A stretch of DNA of 64,000 bases from Thermoplasmata archaeon (GCA_034667725.1 JAXDQS010000005.1:32001-96000), one strand, 5' to 3'; shown: positions 45,030 through 56,205, counted from the stretch's first letter. Notes: generated by a model from the letters alone, not told the origin. Numbers and translations are program-made.

Positions 45030-45101
45030 CGGATTGCCGACCCCGGGGCGCGTCATGGAGTTTGCCGCCCAGTTGAAGACCGGCGGCCCGGTGCGCGGGG
45101 C

Positions 45102-46020
<919 letters not shown>

Positions 46021-46028
<8 letters not shown>

Positions 46029-46848
46029 CATGGGCAGCATCCTGCATGTGGCCCGCACCCCCGCGGCGCCCAACCGGCCGCCGATGGACGTCTCGTGGCG
46101 CGGCTCGTGGGCGATGGTGCAGCGCAACCGCGACGTGTACCTCAAGACCTGGAAGACCAACTTCCTGCCCCCGCTCCTAGAGCCGCTCTTGTACCTGCTG
46201 TCGATGGGCTTCGGCGTCGGCGCCCTGGTGCGCGAGATCGGCGGCGTCTCCTACGCCCAGTTCATCGCCCCCGCCATCCTGGCCATCACCATGATGCAGG
46301 GCGCGTTCTTCGAGACCACCTACAACTCGTTCGTGCGGATGTATTTCCAGAAGACCTGGGACGCCGTCACCGCGACGCCGACCTCGATCGACGACGTGCT
46401 CTGGGGCGAGATCGTCTGGGCGGCCGCCAAGTCCACCATCAACGCCACCCTGATGGCCGTCGTCATCGCCGCCTTCGGCCTGCTGCCGTGGGCCATGCTC
46501 CTCTTGGTGCCTGTGGTCGCCTTCGTCGCCGGCCTTGCCTTCGGCGGCATCGGCCTCGCCGTGTCCGCCTTGGTGCGCGGCATCGACGGCTTCAGCATCG
46601 CCATCTACCTGTTCGTGACGCCGATGATGCTGTTCTCGGGCACGTTCTTCCCGCTCGCGAACCTGCCCGCCGCCGCGCAGTACGTCGCCAAGGCGCTGCC
46701 GCTCACGCACACGGTCGAGACGGTGCGCGCGCTGGCGGCCGGCGACCCGCTCGCCATCCCGGCCTTCGCCGTGGCGTACCTGCTGGCGGCGGCGGTGCTG
46801 TGCCCGCTGGGGGCGATGCTCCTCATGCGCCGCAAGCTCATCGTGTAG
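46021..46848 (+). CDS. ABC-2 type permease (NodJ-like)
   Basis: LEPLLYL, SYAQFIAP, FSGTFFP, PLTH. Confidence 0.92.
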
Positions 46849-46853
46849 GCTAA

Positions 46854-48902
46854 ATGACGGCGCCCCCGTCGTCCCGCGTGGCTGCCGGCCGCAACGCCCC
46901 TGGGGACGAAGACGCGCCGTTCGTGCCCGCGAACGTCAGCCTCGCGGAGGTCACCGTCAAGGCCGTCCTCCTCGGCATGGTGCTCTCCGTCGTCCTGGGC
47001 GCCGCCAACACCTACCTGGGCCTCAAGGCGGGCCTGACCGTCGCCGCCGCCATCCCGGCCGCCGTCGTGAGCCTGGGCGTGCTGAAGCTGTTCCGCAAGC
47101 ACAACGTGCTCGAGAACAACATGGTGCAGACCATCGCGTCCGCCGGCACCGCGGTCGCGTCGGGCATCCTGTTCACCATCCCGGCGCTACTGCTTCTCAA
47201 GACCGCCAACGGCCAGCCGGTCTGGGACCACGTCCACTACATGGAGACCACCATCATTGGCCTCGTGGGCGGCATCCTGGGCGTCTTGTTCACGGTGCCG
47301 TTGCGCAAGGCTCTCATCGTCGAGGAGCGGCTGGCGTTCCCCGAGGGCGTCGCGACGGCGGAGGTCCTCAAGGCGGGCACGTCGGGCGGCGGCATCGCGG
47401 CCCTGCTGCTGGGCGGTGGCCTTGGGGCAGCCTACAAGTTCCTCCAGAGCGGCATCAAACTGTTCGACGACTCCATCCTGCACGTCCAGCAGTTCGGCGG
47501 CCGCGTCGTGACCGGCATCGGCACCGTCCTCAGCCCGGCCCTCATGGGGGTCGGCTTCATCATCGGCCTCCGGATCGCGACCCTCGTCTTCGCGGGCGGC
47601 GTCCTCGGCTGGCTCGTTGGGCTTCCCCTTATCACCGGCCTCCTCACGCCGGAGCAGATCGCCGCCGACATCCCCGCCACGAGCGCCTGCAAGGCCGACA
47701 TCCTCTCCGGGGTCGCCGAGAAGGTGGCCGCCTGCGCCGTCGGCTTCGAGGTCCGCTACCTAGGTGTTGGCGCCATGCTGGTGGGCGGCGTCTGGTCGCT
47801 CGTCAAGCTGCGCGGCCCCCTCGTCCGCGCCGTCAAGCAAGGCGTCCAGAGCGCCAAGGGCAGCGCGGGCCCGAAGCAGGAGGTCGTGCGCACCGAGGTC
47901 GAGCTGTCCCCGCTCACGACGTATGCCGGCATCGCCCTGATGCTGGTCCCGATGTTCTTCTTCTACGCCTTCGTCACGGAGTGGAACTGGGGCGTCGCCG
48001 CCATCATGGCGCTCATCATGGCGATCACGGGCTTCCTGTTCTCCGCCGTCGGCGCCTACATGGCCGGCCTGGTGGGCAGCAGCAACAACCCGATCTCCGG
48101 CGTCACCATCCTCACGCTGCTGGTGTCCGCGTTCACCCTCAAGGCCCTCGGCCTGCTGCCCGACATCGGCGCCGCCGCCACCATCTTCGTCGCCGCCATC
48201 ATCGCGGTGGCCGGCAGCATCGCGAGCGACAACCTGCAGGACCTCAAGGCGGGCTACATGCTGGGCGCGACGCCGCGCAAGCAGCAGGCGATGATCGCCA
48301 TCGGCGCCGCCGTGTCCGCCTTCTTCATCGCCCCGGTCATCCAGATCCTGGTCGATGGCTCCACGTGCAAGGTCGGGGACCAGATGATCGCTGGCATCGA
48401 GTGCCTCAAGGCCCCCCAAGCCAACCTGATGGCGAGCATCTCGGGCGGCATCTTCAACCCGGACGTGGCCGGCCTGCCCTACCCCATCATCGGCTTCGGG
48501 ATGCTCATCGCCGTCGCCCTCATCGTGGCCGACATGGTCCAGCAGCGGCGCGGCAGCAGTTTCCGCATCCCCGTCATGGCGGTCGCGGTCGGCATCTACC
48601 TCGGCATCGAGACCACCGCCCCCATCTTCCTCGGCGGCCTGTTCGCCTGGTTCGCCGGCCGCGCCTTCCTTCGCCGCACCGGCACCGAGATGCCTGAAGG
48701 CAACAACCCGGGCGTGCTGTTCGCGTCGGGCTTGATCGCCGGCGAGGCCTTGGTCGGCATCCTGGTGGCGGCGCTGGTCGGGACCGACGTGGTGCTGCGG
48801 ACCCCGGGCGCCCCGTTGCTGGGATTGCCGGGCCTCGTGCTGCTGCTCTACCTTGGGTACGTGATGTACCATGTGGTGATGCGGACGGCGCGGAAGGCCT
48901 AG
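46854..48902 (+). CDS. OPT-family oligopeptide transporter
   Basis: YLGLKAG, ENNMVQT, FPEGVA, SNNPISG, QDLKAG..GATP, APQA. Confidence 0.94.
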   Translation: MTAPPSSRVAAGRNAPGDEDAPFVPANVSLAEVTVKAVLLGMVLSVVLGAANTYLGLKAGLTVAAAIPAAVVSLGVLKLFRKHNVLENNMVQTIASAGTAVASGILFTIPALLLLKTANGQPVWDHVHYMETTIIGLVGGILGVLFTVPLRKALIVEERLAFPEGVATAEVLKAGTSGGGIAALLLGGGLGAAYKFLQSGIKLFDDSILHVQQFGGRVVTGIGTVLSPALMGVGFIIGLRIATLVFAGGVLGWLVGLPLITGLLTPEQIAADIPATSACKADILSGVAEKVAACAVGFEVRYLGVGAMLVGGVWSLVKLRGPLVRAVKQGVQSAKGSAGPKQEVVRTEVELSPLTTYAGIALMLVPMFFFYAFVTEWNWGVAAIMALIMAITGFLFSAVGAYMAGLVGSSNNPISGVTILTLLVSAFTLKALGLLPDIGAAATIFVAAIIAVAGSIASDNLQDLKAGYMLGATPRKQQAMIAIGAAVSAFFIAPVIQILVDGSTCKVGDQMIAGIECLKAPQANLMASISGGIFNPDVAGLPYPIIGFGMLIAVALIVADMVQQRRGSSFRIPVMAVAVGIYLGIETTAPIFLGGLFAWFAGRAFLRRTGTEMPEGNNPGVLFASGLIAGEALVGILVAALVGTDVVLRTPGAPLLGLPGLVLLLYLGYVMYHVVMRTARKA

Positions 48903-49225
48903 CGTTCTAGCGTGTCCAAGTGTTGCTGAAGGACGTTGAGGGCAGCCTGCGCCTCGCCAGGGTTCTTGGGGATGAAGTCGCGGGGCGGCCAGGCGGGACG
49001 AGGCGGCGCCGGCATCCGAGTCTCTTGGACCAAGCGTGCCACCAAGGCTTCCCGGACCGAACGCTCTCCCACGCCGCCATCGAGGGAATACTGGATTCCC
49101 TCCAAGGCTTTCGCCATGCGGAAGAAGGTGCGGATGAACAGCACCCACAGGATGAACGCGGCGACCCCGGCCGCCAGCCACAAGATCACGGGCAGGCCCA
49201 AGCTTTCGAATCCGTTGCTTGCCAT
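48899..49225 (-). CDS. Hypothetical small membrane protein
   Basis: N-terminal TM helix; atypical codon usage. Confidence 0.55.
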   Translation of the reverse strand: MASNGFESLGLPVILWLAAGVAAFILWVLFIRTFFRMAKALEGIQYSLDGGVGERSVREALVARLVQETRMPAPPRPAWPPRDFIPKNPGEAQAALNVLQQHLDTLER

Positions 49226-49334
49226 GGAAATCGGAACGGGGTTTGAAGAAATCATTTCGCGTTTCCCATGCGGGAGGACGCCCGGGGTCGGCCGCGCCGA
49301 ACAGGCTTAACGCGCCCCCGCCGCTCCCCGCCCC

Positions 49335-50723
49335 ATGCAGGCCGTCCAGGTCCCCGCCACCGTCCTCGAGCACCTCCGCGCCCACGAGGCCCAGCACCTC
49401 AAGGAGCTCCAGGAGCTGGTGCGCATCCCCAGCGTCTCCGCGGATCCAAAGCACGCCCCTGAGGTGCGGCGGGCGGCGGAGTGGCTGATGGCGCGGCTGC
49501 GGAAGGCGGGCATGGAGAACGTGCGGCTCGTCCCCACCTCCGGCCATCCCGCCATCGTGGCCGACTGGCTGCACGCGGGCGCGAACGCGCCGACGCTCTT
49601 GGTGTACGGCCACTACGACGTGCAGCCGGCGGCCAAGTCGGACGGCTGGAAGTACGAGCCGTTCGACGCGCACGTGGCCGACGGCCGCATCTGGGGGCGG
49701 GGCACGACGGACGACAAGGGCCAGCTCATGTGCCACGTGTTCGCGGCGGAGGCTTGGCTCCAGACCCAGGGCAAGCTGCCGGTGAACCTGAAGCTGGTGT
49801 TCGAGGGCGAGGAGGAGGTCGGCAGCCTGCACTACAACGAGGTGCTGCAGCGCGCGGGCAAGGACCTGAAGGCGGACCTGTTGATCGTGAGCGACTCCCC
49901 GATGCGCGGCGAGGACCAGCCGGCGTTGACGCACACCCTCCGGGGCCTGGCCTACTTCCAGGTGGACGTGCAGGGCCCTAAGTCCGACCTCCATTCGGGC
50001 ACGTTCGGCGGCATCCTGTGGAACCCGAACGAGGCGGTGGCGCACATGCTGGCGGCCTGCAAGGACCCCAAGACGGGCCGCGTGCTGATCCCGGGCTTCT
50101 ACGACGACGTGGTGCCGGCGAGCCGCGACGAGCGCGCCCGGCTTGCGACGGTGGCGGAGTCGGACCAGGCCCTGATGGCGCAGACCGGCGTCGACGCGTT
50201 GTGGGGCGAGCAGGGCTGGACCCCGTACGAGCGCATCGGCGTCCGTCCCACCTTCGAGGTCAACGGCATCTATGGCGGCTACACAGGGGAGGGCGCCAAG
50301 ACCGTCATCCCGGCCCACGCCCACGCGAAGGTGTCGTGCCGCCTCGTGGCCAACCAGGACCCGAAGAAGATGGCCGCCTTGGTGCAGCGCCACCTGGAGT
50401 CGTTGGCGAAGCCGGGCACCAAGGTGACCGTCACCGTCCTGTCCGCGGGCAGCCCTGTGCGCGCCGACCCCGAGCATCCGTTGGTCAAGGCGGTGGAGCG
50501 CGCGCTGGAGGCGACCTGGGGGAAACGGCCGGTGCTGATTCCCGAGGGGGGCAGCATCCCGCCGGTGGCCGACATGCAGCGCGAGCTGGGGGTCGCGGCC
50601 ATCCTGTGCGGCTTCGGCAACCGCGACGAGAACATGCACGCCCCGGAGGAATCGTTCCGCCTGTCGAGCTTCAACAAGGGGCGCGAGGCGTGTGCGCGGA
50701 TGCTGGCGGAATTGGCGCGGTAG
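49335..50723 (+). CDS. M20 family dipeptidase
   Basis: YGHYDVQP, GRGTTDDKGQ, EGEEE, DLHSG, GGSIP, HAPEE. Confidence 0.94.
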   Translation: MQAVQVPATVLEHLRAHEAQHLKELQELVRIPSVSADPKHAPEVRRAAEWLMARLRKAGMENVRLVPTSGHPAIVADWLHAGANAPTLLVYGHYDVQPAAKSDGWKYEPFDAHVADGRIWGRGTTDDKGQLMCHVFAAEAWLQTQGKLPVNLKLVFEGEEEVGSLHYNEVLQRAGKDLKADLLIVSDSPMRGEDQPALTHTLRGLAYFQVDVQGPKSDLHSGTFGGILWNPNEAVAHMLAACKDPKTGRVLIPGFYDDVVPASRDERARLATVAESDQALMAQTGVDALWGEQGWTPYERIGVRPTFEVNGIYGGYTGEGAKTVIPAHAHAKVSCRLVANQDPKKMAALVQRHLESLAKPGTKVTVTVLSAGSPVRADPEHPLVKAVERALEATWGKRPVLIPEGGSIPPVADMQRELGVAAILCGFGNRDENMHAPEESFRLSSFNKGREACARMLAELAR

Positions 50724-50802
50724 ACGGCAGGCCTGCCGCGCGGGACCGAAGGTCCCGCATGGTCGTCCAGGGGTTCCAAGGGGCGTAGCCCCTGGGACTG
50801 GG

Positions 50803-50895
50803 AACATGCACGCGCCCGAGGAGTCGTTCCGGCTGTCGAGCTTCAACAAGGGGCGCGAGGCGTGTGCGCGGATGCTGGCGGAGCTGGCGGGCTAG
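50803..50895 (+). repeat. Duplicate of the last 93 bp of the M20 peptidase gene (50631-50723)
   Basis: 85/93 identical by manual alignment; ends in its own TAG. Confidence 0.95.
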
Positions 50896-51022
50896 AAAGA
50901 CTTGGGACCGTTTGGCAAGGGTGAGAAACCTTCGCCGTTCGGACAGGCCAACGCCTGTGCGAATCCGCCCTCCTGCCGCCATTCCTGATGCGGCTGGCGG
51001 CGTTGCCCGCCTGGAACCGCCC

Positions 51023-51217
51023 ATGCCGCACGACGTCCTATTGGAGTACGACCCCGCGACCCGCCACTACACGGCCACGGTCCCAGGGATGCCAGGCATC
51101 CTTGCCGACGCGCGCACCGAGAAGACCGCGCTCAAGATGGCGGCCGAGGCCATCGCCGCCCACCGGGCCGCGGGCCGGCCCGTGCTGGCCTACCGCATGG
51201 TGCAGGTGGACGCATGA
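51023..51217 (+). CDS. hicB: HicB-like antitoxin (short form)
   Basis: YTATVPGMPG..A.T...AL..AAEAI. Confidence 0.75.
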   Translation: MPHDVLLEYDPATRHYTATVPGMPGILADARTEKTALKMAAEAIAAHRAAGRPVLAYRMVQVDA

Positions 51218-51450
51218 CGCCGGCCAGCCTGCCGCCCACGCTGGAGGCCGCCGCCTTCGTGCGGCTGCTGGCCCGTGCCGGCTGGCAGGTGCGCGGCTGC
51301 CGCAACAGCCACCATCACCTGGTGCATCCGGCCACGGGCCGCCTCCTGGCGGTGGCGTTCCACCAGCGCGTCGGGCGCGCCTCGGCCGAGCGGGCGCTGG
51401 CCCGCGCCGGCGTCCCGCCGGACGCGGGGCCGCGCACCGGCACGGCTTAG
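51214..51450 (+). CDS. hicA: HicA-like mRNA interferase toxin
   Basis: LARAGWQV...NSHHHLVHP...VAFH; ATGA-coupled to hicB. Confidence 0.7.
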   Translation: MTPASLPPTLEAAAFVRLLARAGWQVRGCRNSHHHLVHPATGRLLAVAFHQRVGRASAERALARAGVPPDAGPRTGTA

Positions 51451-51473
51451 GGCGCCGCGCCGTTGCAGCCCCA

Positions 51474-53246
51474 ATGCAAGTCCGCGTGGCCTTCGACGTC
51501 CGGCGCCCCGAGACCCATCTGGTGCGGGTGGCGCTGAAGCTGCCGGCGGCGGCGCAGGACCGTCGCAGCCTGCGGATGCCGGCGTGGGTGCCGGGCTCCT
51601 ACAAGATCCGCGACTTCGGGCGGCACGTGCAGGACCTGAAGGCGACGGTGGGCGGGCGGCCGGCGCAGGCCGAGCAGGTCGGCAAGGACGAGTGGGTCTT
51701 GCTGGGCTGCGCCGGCAAGGCAGTGGAGCTGACCTACGACGTCTATTGCCGCGAGCTGACGGTGGACACGAGCCACGTCACGGCGGACCACGCCCATTTG
51801 TTCCCGGTGACGCTGGTGCTGTACGACGCGCACACCCGGGGCTTGCCGCACGTGGTGGAGCTTCGGCTGCCGCGTGGGTGGAAGCATTGGACCGGGTTGG
51901 AGACGGACAAGCTCGACGGCACGTTGGAGGTGGCGGCGGACTACGACCACCTCATCGACTGCCCTATCGAATGCGGCCCGCCGGCGGACTACCATGTGGG
52001 CACGTTCGAGGTGCGCGGCCACACCCATCGCCACGTGGTGTGGCGGCCGCCGCAGGGCGTGGACTGGCGCCGCATCGACCGCGACATGCAGGCCGTGTGC
52101 CGCGAGGCCGTCAAGGTCTGGGGTGAGGCGCCCTATCGGCACTACACGTTCCTGACCCACGTGGCGGCGGACTACGCCGGCGGCCTGGAGCACCGCAACT
52201 CCACCGTGCTGGGCGCAGACCCCGCGCACCTGCAGAACGACGAGAAGGTGATGACGCGCTTCCTGCCCCTGGTCGCGCACGAATACTTCCACGCCTGGAA
52301 CGTCAAGCGGGTGCTGCCGGCGGCGTTCCAGCCGTACCAGTTGCAGACCGAGTCCTACACCGACCTGCTGTGGCTGTTCGAGGGCTTCACAAGTTACTAC
52401 GAGCTGCCCATCCTGCACCGTGCCGCCGTGGCGGACCAGGAGGCGTTCGCCAAGATGGTGGGCGAGGACCTGGAGATGTACGAGAAGGCCTTGGGACGCA
52501 CGCGCACCAGCGTCGCGAAGGCGAGCCGCCTGACCTGGACGCTGCTCTACCAGCCGCACGAGCACAACGTCAACCGCAACGTCAGCTACTACACCAAAGG
52601 GATGTGGGTCGGCCTCTGCCTGGACGCCGAGCTGCGCCGCCGCGGGGTCGCCGATGGCCTCGACGCGGTGATGCGGCACCTGTGGCGCAAGCACGGCCGC
52701 ACCGGCATGGGCCTCACCGAGGACGCGTTCCCCGACGTGGTCGAGCAGGCCACCGGCATCGACCTGCGCCGCACCTTGGAGCACTGGATCCATGGCACGC
52801 AGGAGCTGCCCATCGACAAGGCGCTGCGGACCTTGGGCTTCGACCTGAAGCGCGACTGGAAGGAGCCGAAGAAGAAGGTCGGCCTCGGCGTCGAGTTCAA
52901 GCCCGGCACCAGCGCCATCGCGCGCATCTGGGAGGACGTGCCGGCGTTCAAGGTGCTCCAGCCCGACGACGAACTGGTGGCCGCGGAGGGCTACAAGTGG
53001 AAGGCCGAGCACTTCCACGACCAGGTCGCTGGGCGCAAGGCGGGCGACACCGCCGAGGTCGCCGTGTTCCGCGAGGGCCGGCTGCGCGTGCTGCAAGTGC
53101 CGCTCACCCAGCTTCGTCCCGACAAGTTCGTCATCATGCCGCACAAGGGCGACGCGGTCGCGACCAAGCGAAGGAAGGCGTGGCTGGGCGAGGGCAAGAA
53201 GCCCAAGAAGCCGGTGAAGACCGCGAAGAAGAAGCGGGCCGCCTAG
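51474..53246 (+). CDS. M61 glycyl aminopeptidase with PDZ domain
   Basis: PAWVPGSY, GGLEHRNS, AHEYFHAWNVKR, LWLFEGFTSYY, SYYTKG. Confidence 0.94.
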   Translation: MQVRVAFDVRRPETHLVRVALKLPAAAQDRRSLRMPAWVPGSYKIRDFGRHVQDLKATVGGRPAQAEQVGKDEWVLLGCAGKAVELTYDVYCRELTVDTSHVTADHAHLFPVTLVLYDAHTRGLPHVVELRLPRGWKHWTGLETDKLDGTLEVAADYDHLIDCPIECGPPADYHVGTFEVRGHTHRHVVWRPPQGVDWRRIDRDMQAVCREAVKVWGEAPYRHYTFLTHVAADYAGGLEHRNSTVLGADPAHLQNDEKVMTRFLPLVAHEYFHAWNVKRVLPAAFQPYQLQTESYTDLLWLFEGFTSYYELPILHRAAVADQEAFAKMVGEDLEMYEKALGRTRTSVAKASRLTWTLLYQPHEHNVNRNVSYYTKGMWVGLCLDAELRRRGVADGLDAVMRHLWRKHGRTGMGLTEDAFPDVVEQATGIDLRRTLEHWIHGTQELPIDKALRTLGFDLKRDWKEPKKKVGLGVEFKPGTSAIARIWEDVPAFKVLQPDDELVAAEGYKWKAEHFHDQVAGRKAGDTAEVAVFREGRLRVLQVPLTQLRPDKFVIMPHKGDAVATKRRKAWLGEGKKPKKPVKTAKKKRAA

Positions 53247-54139
53247 CGGACCTGGAACTCCTTGTGCCAAGCCTCGAAGCGGAGGCGGCTGGCGGCGAGT
53301 GCGGCGGCGGGGTCGCCGGCGGCTTCGATGGGGCCCAAGGCACCGGCGTCGGGCTTGAGCGGGTGGCTCATGTCCTCGAAGGTGGGACGGCTCGCCTGGA
53401 ACAGCAGGCCGGTGGGGACCTTGCTGCGGTCGTTGGCGACCCGCATCGCGGCGTCCCAGTCGGAGGGGTCGTGGCCGCCGACGGCCTGGGCGTGCTCCTT
53501 GAACCAGTCGTAGGTGTTGACGAGGTTGTAGGTCACGCAGGGGCTCTGGACGTTGACGAAGCTGAAGCCGCGGTGGCGGACGGCCTGCTCCAAGAGGTCG
53601 ACCAGCTCCTTCTGGTTGGCCGAGTAGCCTTGCGCGACGAAGGTGGCGCCAGCCGAGAGCGCGAGGGCGAGCGGGTTGAGCGGGGCGGCAAGCGGGCCGA
53701 GCGGGCTGGCGCGGGTCGTCATGTCGGTCGGCGTCGTGGGCGAGGTCTGGCCCTTGGTGAGGCCGTAGACCTGGTTGTCCATGACGATGTAGGTGAGGTC
53801 GACGTTGCGGCGGGCGGCGTGCAGGAAGTGCCCGAGGCCGATGCCGAAGCCGTCGCCGTCGCCGCCGGCCGCGATCACCGTGAGCGCGGGGTTCGCGACC
53901 TTGACGCCGGTGGCCAGCGGCAGGACGCGGCCGTGGATGCCGTGGATGCCGAAGGTGCGGAAGTAGGCCGTGATGTTGCCGGAGCAGCCGATGCCGGTCG
54001 CAAGCACGGTGCGGTCCGGGTCCAAGCCCAGGTTTGCCGCGGCCTTCTGCATCGCGGTGAGGACGCCGTAGTCGCCGCAGCCGGGGCACCAGTTGGGGTC
54101 CTTGCCCTTGAGGTCCTTCCAGGACTGCACTTGGCTCAC
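53243..54139 (-). CDS. 2-oxoacid:ferredoxin oxidoreductase beta subunit (second copy)
   Basis: WCPGCGDYG, GIGCSG, GDGDG, DNQVYGLTKGQTSPT, SPCVTYN; GTG start. Confidence 0.92.
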   Translation of the reverse strand: MSQVQSWKDLKGKDPNWCPGCGDYGVLTAMQKAAANLGLDPDRTVLATGIGCSGNITAYFRTFGIHGIHGRVLPLATGVKVANPALTVIAAGGDGDGFGIGLGHFLHAARRNVDLTYIVMDNQVYGLTKGQTSPTTPTDMTTRASPLGPLAAPLNPLALALSAGATFVAQGYSANQKELVDLLEQAVRHRGFSFVNVQSPCVTYNLVNTYDWFKEHAQAVGGHDPSDWDAAMRVANDRSKVPTGLLFQASRPTFEDMSHPLKPDAGALGPIEAAGDPAAALAASRLRFEAWHKEFQVR

Positions 54140-54363
54140 GGCTCCTCCTCCAAGTGCTTCGGCCAAGGCCCGGCGACCGCGAACTTGTAGCACAAGGCGC
54201 CCGTCACGATGACCAGGACGCCGGCGCTGCCCACGAGGTAGCCCAGCATCGGCTGGTCGATGCCGGCCGCGACCAGGCTGCCGACCAGCAGCAACGCCAA
54301 GCCCACGGGGAGCTGCACGATGGCCCACAGCCGCATCCGGCGCGACCACTCGCGGCGCGTCAT
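54136..54363 (-). CDS. Small two-TM membrane protein
   Basis: Two hydrophobic helices; 4-nt overlaps with both flanking OFOR genes. Confidence 0.7.
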   Translation of the reverse strand: MTRREWSRRMRLWAIVQLPVGLALLLVGSLVAAGIDQPMLGYLVGSAGVLVIVTGALCYKFAVAGPWPKHLEEEP

Positions 54364-56126
54364 TGCGCGGCCTCCACGGCGTGGACAACCGGGTCGCTCG
54401 ACATCGTCCGCCCGTCGTACTGCAGCACGCTCTTGGTGCGCGCGTGCACCGGGATCTCGGACTTCAGCAGGCGGGCAAGCTGCCCGAGCGCGTTGGCCTC
54501 CACCACGAACACCGGCAGGCTGGAGCCCAGCGCGGCCTCGACCGCCTCGCGCGGGAACGGCCACAGCAGCCGGATGGCGACGACCCGCACCGGGAGGCCC
54601 CGGCCCGCGAGCCGCTCGGCGGCCTCGCGGCAAGCCTCGACGGTGCTGCCCCACGACACCAGCACCGCCTTCGCAGTTGCAAGGTCGGCGCCCTCGACGA
54701 CGACGGGGCGGTCCACGTCGGCGGGGATCGCGGCCAGGCGGGCGAGGCGGCGCTCCACCATCTGGACCCGGAGCCGCGGCTCCTCGGTGGTGAAGCCACC
54801 AGGCGAATGCTCGGTGGAGTTGTTGTAGTAGCGGCCGCCAGGCTCGCCCGGCAACGCGACGCGATGCGGCTGCGCGCCGGGGTCGCCGTACGGCTTGTAG
54901 GTGCCTTCCCAGGAAGTGGAGCCGGGCGCGGCGGGGCTCGGGCCGCGGGGAACGTGCTGGGCCGCCAAGGCGTCGAGCGCAAAGGGCGGCACGGTCTGCT
55001 TGAACAGGCTCGCCTGCTGGTCGAGCGCGACGAACACCGGCGACCGCCACCGCTCCGCGAGCCGGAAGGCCTCGCCGGTCGTCGCGAACGCATCGGCCAC
55101 GTCGGTCGGCGCCAGCACGATGCGCACGAACTCGCCATGGCCGCCATGCACCAGGTGCCAGAGATCCTCCTGGCCGTGCTTCGTCGGCATCCCGGTCGAA
55201 GGGCCAGGGCGCTGGCAATCGACGATGACGCACGGAGTCTCGCACGAACCCGCCATCCCGATGGCCTCCGTCATCAGCGACAAGCCCGGGCCCGACGTCG
55301 CCGTGATCGCCTTGGCGCCCGCGAAGCCCGCGCCTGCCAGGACGTTGACCGCCGCCAGCTCGTCCTCCATCTGGAGCGCCGTGCCGCCCAACTGCTGAAG
55401 TCGCGGCATCAGATACTCAAGAATGTCGCTGGCCGGAGTGATGGGATACGCGGCGGCGACCCGGCAGCCGGCCGCCAACGCGCCAAGGGCCGCGGCCTCG
55501 TTGCCCGAGAGGAACAACGCAGGCGCGGCGCGGGGCCGCGGCATCGCGAAGCGCGGCTCCACGCCGAAACGCGCCACCGCCTCCTTGTGGCCCGCGTGCA
55601 GCGCCGCCCGGTTCTGCTCCACCACCTTCTCGCCCTTCGAAAGGAACTGGTCCGCGACGCTGCGGTCCAGCGCGGCGAGGTCGACGCCGAGCAGGGCCGC
55701 GGAAGCGCCGAGCGCCACCATGTTCTTCGCCCGCTCGAACCCCACCGACTTCGCAAGGCCCGTGAACGGAAACGCCTCCAGCCTCGCGCCCGACGCGGCC
55801 ACGTACTTGCTCGCGACCGACTCGTCGACCAGGAGGAGGCCTTCCGGACCCATGCGGGCGTCGACGCGCGGCAACACCGTCTCGTTGAACGCCAACGCCA
55901 ACTCGATCCTTTCTGGCGGAACCAAGCGGCCGTCCGGGGTGAGGCGCACGGTGAAGGTGGTGTCCCCACCCCTGATCCGACTCGGGAAATCACGCTGCGT
56001 GGTAGGCCGGAAGCCAAGGCTTGCCAAGGCGCGCGCGAACGTCTCCCCGCCCGCCTCAAGGCCCTCGCCCGCGGTGCCCGCGATGAGCCACGCGACCCCA
56101 TGGCGGGACAACGGCAGACGCGGCAC
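54360..56126 (-). CDS. 2-oxoacid:ferredoxin oxidoreductase alpha subunit (second copy)
   Basis: FPSRIRGG, AYPITPAS, QMEDE, TSGPGLSLM, QRPGPSTGMPT. Confidence 0.93.
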   Translation of the reverse strand: MPRLPLSRHGVAWLIAGTAGEGLEAGGETFARALASLGFRPTTQRDFPSRIRGGDTTFTVRLTPDGRLVPPERIELALAFNETVLPRVDARMGPEGLLLVDESVASKYVAASGARLEAFPFTGLAKSVGFERAKNMVALGASAALLGVDLAALDRSVADQFLSKGEKVVEQNRAALHAGHKEAVARFGVEPRFAMPRPRAAPALFLSGNEAAALGALAAGCRVAAAYPITPASDILEYLMPRLQQLGGTALQMEDELAAVNVLAGAGFAGAKAITATSGPGLSLMTEAIGMAGSCETPCVIVDCQRPGPSTGMPTKHGQEDLWHLVHGGHGEFVRIVLAPTDVADAFATTGEAFRLAERWRSPVFVALDQQASLFKQTVPPFALDALAAQHVPRGPSPAAPGSTSWEGTYKPYGDPGAQPHRVALPGEPGGRYYNNSTEHSPGGFTTEEPRLRVQMVERRLARLAAIPADVDRPVVVEGADLATAKAVLVSWGSTVEACREAAERLAGRGLPVRVVAIRLLWPFPREAVEAALGSSLPVFVVEANALGQLARLLKSEIPVHARTKSVLQYDGRTMSSDPVVHAVEAAQ

Positions 56127-56205
56127 AGGCTCGGCACCACCGGTTGGTTCTTATGAACAACCCATGTGGCGCGACTGCTAAGCCGGGTGCAAGCCCGGTC
56201 CATCC

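Noticed and set aside
50631-50895. Diversity-generating retroelement TR/VR pair
   Set aside because: Differences include C/G and T/C changes, are synonymous rather than adenine-specific, and no reverse transcriptase is present.
50950-50982. tRNA-like 3' end (GCGAATCC...CCGCCA)
   Set aside because: No consistent T-stem or acceptor pairing, and no match to either tRNA in the window.
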